Positions 38,341 through 47,827 of a stretch of 64,000 nt of DNA are shown piece by piece. Under the pieces are notes generated by a model, which was not told the DNA's origin, searched no databases, and saw nothing but the letters and a program-made list of their open reading frames with translations. The translations under genes were made by a program, and so were the position numbers. This DNA is from Nemertoderma westbladi (Eukaryota > Animalia > Xenacoelomorpha): the NCBI GenBank assembly GCA_032718475.1, contig JAUCBJ010006599.1:59476-123475 (forward strand). Reading direction: 5' to 3'. The stretch's first letter is position 1. Each line of letters starts with the position of its first letter.

Positions 38341-40503
38341 TTGCTAATTGTGACTGCAGAGATCAGACTCAGTTTGAGAGCCAGCAAACCCAGGACAAGC
38401 AAGCAAATCAACTATGACTGGGAGAAACTCAGAACTGACAATGCTGTAAAGGATGCTTATACAGTAGAAGTTCAAAACCGCTTTGAAGCACTTCAGTCAA
38501 TGGATGAAGACCAATCCACCGATTCAATATACCAGAATATAATAACAGCCCACAAGGAATCAGCAAAGAGGCATATCCCCCAGAAACCTAAACGAAAACA
38601 GTATGTGCCATGGCAAAACTCTGAGGTTACTTGTAAGAGAGAAGATCTTAAGATAGCCTACAAAGTTAAAACCGAACAACCAACAACCGAAAACATGAAC
38701 AAGGCTGAGAAAGCTAAGGACGACCTTAAATTGGCCTACAACATCAGCCAGGAAAAGTACATACAGGATAAAACTGAAGCAATTACAACTGCTCACATAC
38801 AGCAACAATCAAGACTTACCTGGCAAACTGTAAATGAGGTATCTGGTCGGAAAAGTTGTGCAAAGGGGCGCCTCAAAGCCGATAGTCCTGAAGAACGTGT
38901 TGGGAAGTGGAAAAATCACTTCAGCAACTTGCTTGGGCAGCCACCAAACATCGAGGTCAGCCCTACAAGGAAAATATATGACAAGACACTACCTATAGCA
39001 ACAGGGGACTGCACACCTGCCGAACTCCAAAGAAGCATTAAAAGCATGTCCAATAATAAAGCGAGTGGATTAGATGGAATCCCAGCGGAGGTATGGAAAA
39101 CCGGAGTGCTAAATAGACCATTATTGAATGTTTGCAACCAGATGTTAAAAGGGGAAAAGCCACCACCAATTTGGACTAAAGGTCAACTAAAGCCTCTCCC
39201 CAAGAAAGGAGACCTCGGCATACCAACAAACTATCGTGGGATCTGTCTGCTTGTGGTAGCTGCCAAAATATACAATAAAATGATTCTATATAGGATTAGG
39301 CCTCACATAGAGAAACTACTGCGTAAGAGCCAAAACGGATTTCGACCAAGTAGATCAACAATAGCTCAGATACTTGCACTACGGAGACTGATTGAAGGAA
39401 TTAAGTCAAAGAATCTCCCCGCAGTCATGACTTTTGTGGACTTCAAGAAGGCATTCGACTCCATCCATAGAGGTAAAATGCTTGAAATCCTAAGAGCTTA
39501 TGGAATACCAGAAGTAATTGTTGCTGGCATTGGATTGCTATATTGTGACACAGAAGCGCAGGTACTCTCACCAGATGGTGAAACTGAGTTTTTCTCAATC
39601 CTGGCTGGCGTACTGCAAGGTGACACATTAGCACCATTACTATTTGCAATTGTGCTGGATTACGCAATGAGGACGGCCACAAAGGGTGAAGATCTGGGAT
39701 TCACACTTCAAGAACGCAGAAGTAGTAGATATCCGGCAACTACAGTCACAGACACCGACTTTGCGGATGACATCGCCCTGCTCTCTAATACGCTAGCAGA
39801 TGCACAGCTTCTACTAAATAAAGTGGAGAGGGCTGCTAAGGAGGTTGGATTGCATATAAATGCTACCAAGACCGAATTCATGACCTTTAATGTTGATGGA
39901 AACTTGACAACCATTGATAATAATCAACTAAGGCCGGTCGATGACTTCCAGTACCTTGGATCATGGATAGAGAGTAGCAAAAAGGACATAGAAGTTAGTA
40001 AAGCAAAGGCTTGGGTAGCTCTATCAAAAATGGATACCATCTGGAAATCAGATCTCTCCAGGCACCTGAAGACCAAGTTCTTTCGAGCCACAGTGGAAAG
40101 TGTATTTTTATACGGGGGTGAGACCTGGACACTGACTAAATCACTTGAACAACGAATTGATGGTTGCTACACAAGACTACTAAGGGCAGCCCTAAACATC
40201 AGCTGGAGACAACACATGACAAACGCCGAGCTTTATGGTACAATACCACCTGTATCAACCACCCTCCGTGAACGCAGATTAAGATTCAGGGGGCACTGCT
40301 GGCGAAGTAAAGACGAGGTCATACCAGATCTACTTCTCTGGCAACCAACTCATGGAAAGCGTAGTCGTGGACGACCTGCCATAACATATATAGATCAACT
40401 TGAAAGGGATACTGAACTTGGGAGAAACGAAATTGCGACAACTATGGAGAATCCGGAAGCCTGGAAGGATCTCATTTCCACTGTCCGAGTTCGCTTGACC
40501 TAG
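38341..40503 (+). CDS. RTE reverse transcriptase ORF (endonuclease domain lost by 5' truncation; no true start codon)
   Basis: Motifs NYRGICLL, QNGFR, FVDFKKAFDSI, GVLQGDTLAP, FADD, YLGS, and the RTE-type C-terminus RRLRFRGH..R / GKRSRGRP. Confidence 0.9.
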   Translation: MLIVTAEIRLSLRASKPRTSKQINYDWEKLRTDNAVKDAYTVEVQNRFEALQSMDEDQSTDSIYQNIITAHKESAKRHIPQKPKRKQYVPWQNSEVTCKREDLKIAYKVKTEQPTTENMNKAEKAKDDLKLAYNISQEKYIQDKTEAITTAHIQQQSRLTWQTVNEVSGRKSCAKGRLKADSPEERVGKWKNHFSNLLGQPPNIEVSPTRKIYDKTLPIATGDCTPAELQRSIKSMSNNKASGLDGIPAEVWKTGVLNRPLLNVCNQMLKGEKPPPIWTKGQLKPLPKKGDLGIPTNYRGICLLVVAAKIYNKMILYRIRPHIEKLLRKSQNGFRPSRSTIAQILALRRLIEGIKSKNLPAVMTFVDFKKAFDSIHRGKMLEILRAYGIPEVIVAGIGLLYCDTEAQVLSPDGETEFFSILAGVLQGDTLAPLLFAIVLDYAMRTATKGEDLGFTLQERRSSRYPATTVTDTDFADDIALLSNTLADAQLLLNKVERAAKEVGLHINATKTEFMTFNVDGNLTTIDNNQLRPVDDFQYLGSWIESSKKDIEVSKAKAWVALSKMDTIWKSDLSRHLKTKFFRATVESVFLYGGETWTLTKSLEQRIDGCYTRLLRAALNISWRQHMTNAELYGTIPPVSTTLRERRLRFRGHCWRSKDEVIPDLLLWQPTHGKRSRGRPAITYIDQLERDTELGRNEIATTMENPEAWKDLISTVRVRLT

Positions 40504-40512
40504 TAGTAGTAG
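38345..40512 (+). mobile_element. 5'-truncated RTE-clade non-LTR retrotransposon inserted in the satellite
   Basis: 11-bp TSD TATCCTATTGC (38334-38344 and 40513-40523). A (TAG)4 tail begins at the stop codon. The RT frame is intact. Confidence 0.92.
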
Positions 40513-41379
40513 TATCCTATTGCAACTCTCCCTGCTCGGTGGGTTTTACTAACCTATCATATTGCAACTTCCCCTGCTCGGTGGGTTTTACTAACCTATC
40601 CTATTGCAACTCTCCCCGCTCGGTGGGTTTTACTAACCTATCCTATTCAACTCTCCCTGCTCGGTGGGTTTTACTAACCTATTCTATTGCAACTCTCCCC
40701 GCTCGGTGGGTTTTACTAACGTATCCTATTGCAACTCTCTCTGCTCGGTGGGTTTTACTAACCTATCCTATTGCAACTCACCCTGCTCGGTGGGTGAGTT
40801 GCAAAATCCTAACCTATCATATTGCAACTTTCCCTGCTCGGTGGGTTTTACTAACCTATCGTATATCATCTCTTCCTGCTCACCGAAAGGGTGGGTTTTA
40901 TAGAACTTGGGTTGAACCTTCGCATAACCGTAGTTGGGATTCCCTATGGGTGATTCCGGAGCGCGAGCCTATTAAATAAACAATTTTAGATTTTTCTCAT
41001 AAAATATTTACATTAAATCACAGACCTACATTACTGTAGGCCTACTGGTATGAAATTCAAATTAACATTCAGTTCAATGTTCTGTTAAGTTAAATACAGA
41101 CAGGTAACGTCTGATGCTAGGTTGCGTGTAGGTTCGAGATGGGGTGGGGAAGACTTGACGCAAATCCCATCTCAGCTAATTAGATTTCGAAACTTAAAAA
41201 TATCTTAAAACTCGAACTTGTGTAATAACTTCAACGGTTAGTTCTTCACTAGTAAAACATAGTTTAATTACCTACCATAGGCATAGGTGAAATAATTGTT
41301 TTTATCACTTATAGGTGACATAATTGGTTAGAGCTACATTGCTAACAATACTGTAATACACCGCTATTTATAAGCCTAA

Positions 41380-42510
41380 AGCCCGGTTTCTCAAAACTCA
41401 CTTAACTTAAATTGGCGCTTATACCAAGTGTTTTGTTTCTACAGTAAGTGCCCCCTTAAATTTATTTGCAGTTTCTCAAAAGTTAAATGACCATTTAAAT
41501 TTCACATTTAAGGGAGAACTTAAGTAACCCTGGGAGGTACCTTATCATGCCACCTAAGTCTTAAGCCAATAAAAAAAATTCAGTTTGCTTTGTGCCGGTA
41601 ATGTTATAGCTTTTGTTCCAGTAGTTATAAATAGGCATTGACGAAAATCGAGAGTAAACAACATCAAACTCAATCCACTACAAGTCAGATATCTGGCGCA
41701 CATTGATCGTAAGTCTGTAAATGAAAATAGTGATCTTCAGCGGAAATTGACCGCAAATGAAATAATGTATAGTTTATTGTTTTGGTTAGAAAACACCGTC
41801 TCTGTAACCTGCTCCTTTCTCTTAATGTTTTTAATTTAATTTAATTAATTTTCAAACCCACTAAAATTTATTTTGTGTTTGCGGTCATTTTGCGCCATTG
41901 ACTCCTACAAGTATATAACGATACTGAATTTTATTGAATTCTACTGAGCCACTACAGGGCATTTTAAATCGTCTGTAAAATATTGGGAAGATAACCGTAT
42001 ATCCGTATTCATTTTCAATTTTTTTTACTAGCTATTTTTATGCAGATTTTGACATAATTAATGTTCAAAATCATCCCGTGGCAAAAATATCTAGATTTTT
42101 TATGGTAGCTATTATTCTTGGTCTAGCTAGCTAAAATTATTTTATTATTTAATTATAATTATTATTATTACTTAAGTTATTCATTATTATTTAAAGTCGT
42201 GGGTTTTGTTTTGTTCTCACCCTTTGCTCGGACGTAATAAAAATATATTAAATTTATCTTCCATTCACATATGATCATATTTAACTGATTGAACTGTTAG
42301 CTACCGGTCCGGTAACTACTGAATTAAACTTTCAGTTTAGGATAAATTGTACCTTAAATTATTAAAGTGGCCACTTAGTTAAGTGCTCGTTATCTTTTTA
42401 TGAGAAACAACACTTAACTTAAACTAAATGGCCATTTAACAAAGTTGGCATTTAAAATTATTAAGTGGCCATTTTAGGATAAGTGGGCACTTAGTTTGAG
42501 AAACCGGGCC
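41380..42510. mobile_element. PIF/Harbinger-type non-autonomous element, 1.13 kb
   Basis: TAA-AGCCCGGTTTCTCAAA...TTTGAGAAACCGGGCC-TAA, with subterminal CACTTAA / TTAAGTG repeats. Confidence 0.85.
41772..41826. repeat. Dispersed copy of the GGTTAGA-N12-TGTAACC motif
   Basis: GTTTATTGTTTTGGTTAGAAAACACCGTCTCTGTAACCTGCTCCTTTC, inside the Harbinger element. Confidence 0.85.
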
Positions 42511-43204
42511 TAAATTTCTTCAACAATGAATTAATTAATTGCCAAGTGGGGAAAAATTATGAAAATGGGCCTTATGAATATTTACCTCCTGGAATTGAAA
42601 TTTCCCAGCAATGTGGCAGGAAGGTGACCTCTTTACCGGCACATTGTCTTTCCAGGTCCAAGACGGATTCGTCATCATATGTTATTATTGTTAGTATTAA
42701 TTATACTAACATTATTGAAGTTACTGTTATTGCTTCTTATTGTTACTAATAAGTCCCACACTCAAATAAAAGTTACATTATTTTAAATTTCAATACTTAA
42801 ACCTGCTGTGGTACTTATTGTGCTGTAGGCATATACAGTACTGCTTAAAATTACGGCTTACTGTAGGTAAAAAATTTATTGATAATCAATTTTAAGAAAT
42901 TAACAAGTAAGTTTTCCATTACTTTTTGTTTACAATTGCTGGGGCATCAAACCGGTATTATATCCGTATAATCCTGGTTTTTCGAGGAACTGTAATACAG
43001 GCCTACTAGAATCATGAAGTTATTTAGTGAATTAATTTATTAATCTTCACTGATTTTGGTGAAAATAAGCCTACCGTCACGGATATCAATTGCACTAACT
43101 TAACGATTTTCTTTATGTTATTTTTTTCTTATCAGTCTTGTGGATTTGCTTTATACTACTAGGCCTACTACTACTACGATCGGCATGCTGCATTGCAGCT
43201 GCAT

Positions 43205-43357
43205 TATATATATACATATTACATATATATATTAAGAATGCTGTGCCGGCTTGTTGACAAAATTGCGCCGCCACAACTCCCTATTACCCTTGATATTTGC
43301 TAGATCATCCGCATCTTCAAGGCCAGTGTCCTTTAGGATGAATTCCAAGAAAGTTAG
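43205..43357 (-). mobile_element. Short 3'-end fragment of another RTE-like LINE
   Basis: Minus frame LTFLEFILKDTGLEDADDLANIKGNRELWRR...stop resembles the RTE C-terminus at about 40380-40500 (TYIDQLERDTEL...EAWK). A TA-rich tail follows. Confidence 0.55.
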
Positions 43358-45389
43358 GTTAGCTAGTTAGGTAGCAATATAAGAGTACTGGTACTACTAC
43401 TGCCATGAATACTACAGTACTACAGACTATTTAACCCTTTATTTGCTCAATAATCAAGCAGTAGGGCCAACAAATCTTTCGTAAGAATGTGAGATGAAAA
43501 TCGTGAAGGAAAGAAAATTGGGGTGCATTAATTAAAATATGCCATAAAGTGAAGAATTTTCAAAAATTAATTGTGTTTTTCACTGGAGCCTAATAGAGGA
43601 GAAACTGTAGCCTTAAGGAAGTGGATTACAATGATTAGAAGAAGATAACTTTTCGTTGTATCTGTAAGGGGCTTATTGTGTCAAAACTTCAAAAACGATG
43701 TGAAATTATGTTCAACGGATGGATGCGAAACGACAGTGGTTGTGGGTGTGCAACGATCATAATTACTAACTAATTGAATTATTATGTTAATAAGTAGTAA
43801 AGTACAGCAAAACTCTCCGCATGAAAGTATCAATCTTATTTATTTATTGGTATAAAGATCCTAGTAAACTCGAAAATAAAATATAACGTGATTTACAGTA
43901 TACAAAGAAAATGTAGGGGCCTATAGCTAAAATGAAAAAAATAACACTATCTACTGTACCATCCAAAACACTAGCTACCATCACAAACACGAAATACTGA
44001 CTACCACGAATATTAATCATGGTAATGATCCACACTATGTTCCAGAATATAAATCAATAAGCAAAAACAGCAATTGACAAGTGCGAAATCGCACCTAGGT
44101 CCGCGTCTACTAACGCACGAACTGTCTCCTTCAGTAGGCCTATGGCTTACTACAGTACCAATATTACTATCAAATGTTGGCGCCGTATGAATCCTTAAAC
44201 CCCAAACCAAACTGGAAATTAACACCAACAACAACAACAACAACAACAACGGATTGAATACCAGAGGTCTCGCTACGAGGACCTAAAAAAAGCAGAAGGC
44301 CGAGGTAGTTATACAGATTAATTGACTTTGTTTCAGGTATTATATCCGTATATTCCATTCTCGAACAGACAATAATTATAGTATATTTCAATTAATATAA
44401 ATGATACAGATATTGACAAAGTACAAATACAATATATAAAAAAATGTGATTAAAATAATCTCTAAGTTCGGACATTAATGGCTAAAATATATAATATAGG
44501 CCTATATATGGAATAATTAGGTAACGCACATTGAAACAAACAAATATCCGTTAAAGTTCTTCGAATTTTTATATAAAAATTTGTATATGTATCGTGTGGG
44601 GCAAGTGAAGAAGTAAATGAGCTTATAGCAGCTTCAGTAGTTGTACTGTACTACAGTTTAGTCAGAGGGCCTACTGTGTTACACTAACTCCAATTTTTTT
44701 TTATAATACAGTAGCTCCTTTTTGATACTTTGTATTTTGAAAATATTCTAGAACATATTATCTATTCATATTGTTTAAAAATGATGTTCTATAACAAATA
44801 ATTGTTGTTCTATAATTGTTAATACAATATTGCTATCAGACTCTTAATTATACTGTAAATAGTTCACGCCGATTAAGTCACTTTTAAGAAATTAAAGCTA
44901 CTTATTATTGTAAGTGTAATGAATATGTTAGATCTAGGTAAAAATAAATGTACAGTACATAGTGGTTCTATGCTATATATGGTGGCCCTGAGCGGCCAGT
45001 TTTGTCATTTCGTATCTTTTTTTTTGTTCCCCCGACTTTTGCAATCTCGTTCGAACGACTTTACAAAACTCGGGGAAACAAATCTAATTGGCTGGAGTGG
45101 TTTCTATACCAACAAACACCTAATCAAGTTTGTTTCTCTGTCTTTTGCAAACTCGTTGTATGGCGGCTCACACTATGGCAAAAACAAAACATCATATAAA
45201 CAAGTACAGTAGATAGTCTAAATAGCAGAATAGCCTAAATACAAAAAAAGAAAATTACAGTACTGTTACTCTCGTAAAATTATTAAGCATTTACCTTAAA
45301 AAAAGGAATCCTAGTCTAAATACAGAACATAATTGATAAATACAAAATAACAAAGAGTTAAACACAATTACATACAGTATTTCTATTAA

Positions 45390-45640
45390 ATTTTAGATAG
45401 TTAGGCCTAGGGAAGTCATGTGATTGAATCCGCGATTTAATAATATCAGAAGCGACTAAATTACTTGGTAGTGAGTTCCAAATTGGAACAATGGGATTGG
45501 AGAATGAATTTGGAGAAATAATTTTGTACCAAAATTTTCGGCTAATCGTATCTGTTTATGACAGAAAACCCTCTCACCTTTCAAGCAGTCAAATATTGTA
45601 TTAATTATATTTATTTCTTGAACATAGGTGAATTGTGATG
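45390..45640 (-). mobile_element. Degraded CR1/L2-group LINE 3' fragment
   Basis: Minus frame NSFSNPIVPIWNSLPSNLVAS matches the conserved F..R....WN.LP C-terminal motif. Confidence 0.55.
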
Positions 45641-46334
45641 TTAAATAAAAGATGCTAACATATGTACCAGCATAGACAGGCCTACTGCGTCACATTTTGA
45701 CATCGAAATTTACATTTGAACACACTTTGCACTTTGAATACACAGCGCGCAGCATAACAAAAGCGCCCCTTAAATGCCCTGCGGTCCTTTAAATGCCCTG
45801 GCAGGCCTGGTTTCCCTGACTGTCTGACTATATACTGTAGCTGTACAGCTTATGGTACCGAAAATACCGGGTGTTTGAAAAATATGGACTGCGATCGACA
45901 CAGAAGACATGGACAAAGGACAGACCAATAACGGGCGAGTGGCTTCACAGCATATCCAAACTTTTCAACTTTGCTGACTGACTACCTTTTTCAAATTTTA
46001 TATAGGTGGACTAGGTTGGCAATAAATTGACCATTCAGATAGATTTGCACATTATAGCAGCTCCGTCTACGTTTTTCAAAAATTTTCAGAAGGTTTTTAT
46101 GGATTATTGTTAACATTATCCCATACTTACTGTTGTCCAATAAGTCGGGTTCAATAATACTGTAATATGGGCGATCCACGATCCACGAAGTCTGTGAGCT
46201 TGAGCTTTGCCTTAGCATTAATATTTAAACGTTGATATTTTAACACAACACATTACAGTATAACGTCTAACATATTATGATTATAACGTTAATTAATGAA
46301 TACTGTACTGTAAGTATTGTATGGTAAATATAAT

Positions 46335-46480
46335 AAGCTTTACTTACCGTACTTCCCGAAATCTGTTATTAAGCGACCGAGCGCAGCGAGAGAGGTAAAT
46401 AAGTCAGATCGAGGCGTGCAAAGGTAAATAAAATCGAAAAGGTAAATAACGTGTTTTTTATTTATCGTAGGTCTACAATA
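46335..46480. mobile_element. Hairpin element centred on CCGAGCGCAGCGAG (related in design to 8490)
   Basis: Same GAGCG-N-AGCGAG centre, with inverted TTTACTTACC / GGTAAATAAA arms. Confidence 0.4.
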
Positions 46481-47827
46481 TGTAATTTTATTGTTACAAT
46501 CATCATTATTATTATAATTAATAAAATATATTATTGTTCATATTGTTCAATAAGTAATTAAACATTGCACCGTCAGTCGCACCTCGCACCGCAAGTATTA
46601 TTCGTCCTTATTGTGATTTGTTGAAACCAATGGAAGGTGTATATACAGCCTGCAGGGCAGGCCATTTATTATATTTATTAAATACACAATATCTGGAACG
46701 TATTATTTATTTGAAGATTATTAATTACTTGGTGTCATTTTACTACTAGTCGTACTGTAGCTATATTGGGGCCTACTCATTAAATGAATAAAATGCCCAG
46801 AATAGTACTTATTTCAGTGCAAAGTTGACTGATTGAAGAGCAATAATCTCCATTTACCTAGGTAAATAATGCAAATCTTATTTACCGCTGGCCCATTGAC
46901 TGAGCGGTAAATAATGTAAATTTTAACAATAAAGTATTTTATTTATTGTATAATAGGCCCATGTACTGTATTATTATTGTTAAAATAATGCTTATTATTA
47001 TTATAATTACTGTATCTGTATAAAATACGTTTCGGGTACCTACAAATGCAATACAGCAGCAATAGGCCTACAGCAATACAGCAATACAAATTACTAAATG
47101 CTGAAATGTTTATTAATTTACGAGTTTGTACAGTGTACAGTGCATTTGTTGAGGCTATTGAGGATTTATATTACTGCTGTACTGTATTCAGGTATGTATT
47201 ATGGGTATATTTGGTATATTATTTTGGTTGGGGTTAGTGTTAGTTGGTCAGGCCTTCGCGCTTCGCCTTAACATCAGAACATGTTAACCCTAATCTGCTA
47301 ATTCTGTAATTAGGCTGTTACAGAATTGAATTAGATTTGAATTAAAACTGTCTTGTAACCCTAACCATAAGTCATAATCTAAGCAATTTAGCGGAATTTC
47401 CGACATTACTGCATTAATTCACACCCTTCTGCCCTTAACTACAGAATTAAGTTCAGAGAGAGGCTTAGCCGGTTAGCCCTTACACCTTAGCCTACCTAAT
47501 CTACGGACTGACGGACGGCTCTACCTACAGCAGCAGCAATCAGGTAGGGCTAATATTACAGTATTTGCTGATTTGGGGCTAATCTATAGCGTAGGAGGTA
47601 TACCAGCATACAGGTATACGTTAACAAACAATAGCGGGAACGGTAATCATGTAAATCTTGCCAGTATAATTCAATTAGCACCGAGTTCCGCTAATTGATG
47701 CTTGATTTCGGAGGCGGAATTGTTAGAATAACTTATACTGTACAGCTGTATACAGTCAGAGAGAAGTTGAAGATACATAGATAGGCCTAACTCAATCTGT
47801 TAAATCTAATGGGACTAAAAATACAGT

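Larger units (their letters stand above)
12301..40900. repeat. 42-bp tandem satellite, about 630 units, consensus TATTGCAACTCTCCCTGCTCGGTGGGTTTTACTAACCTATCC, with higher-order repeats
   Basis: Directly visible. Variant blocks recur at 377, 1893-1894, 2312 and 6937 bp spacing (identical ORF-track entries). Interrupted at 38345-40512. Confidence 0.98.

Noticed and set aside
12255-38417. Dozens of ORFs encoding (VGFTNLSYCNSPCS)n or (RWVLLTYPIATLPA)n
   Set aside because: Artefacts of a 42-bp (multiple of 3) satellite. Starts are GTG/TTG, and frames switch at indels and hit TAG variants at random.
12301-40900. CRISPR array
   Set aside because: No unique spacers, no cas genes, eukaryotic context.
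42580-42690. Candidate upstream exon of the minus-strand gene (GTAAAT donor)
   Set aside because: No acceptor before in-frame stops, and no support for joining it to 12117.
45002-45199. Possible decayed hAT TTF-type zinc finger (WLEWFLY...FSVFCKL), with a CAGGGAAACC end at about 45818
   Set aside because: Similarity is too weak and no matching second TIR was found.
45991-46218. Possible first exon MLRQSSSS... with a GTAAGT donor
   Set aside because: The nearest acceptor gives an in-frame stop; it cannot be supported without transcripts.
47225-47370. Interstitial telomeric repeats (GGGTTAG / AACCCTAA)
   Set aside because: Only isolated single units, not an array.
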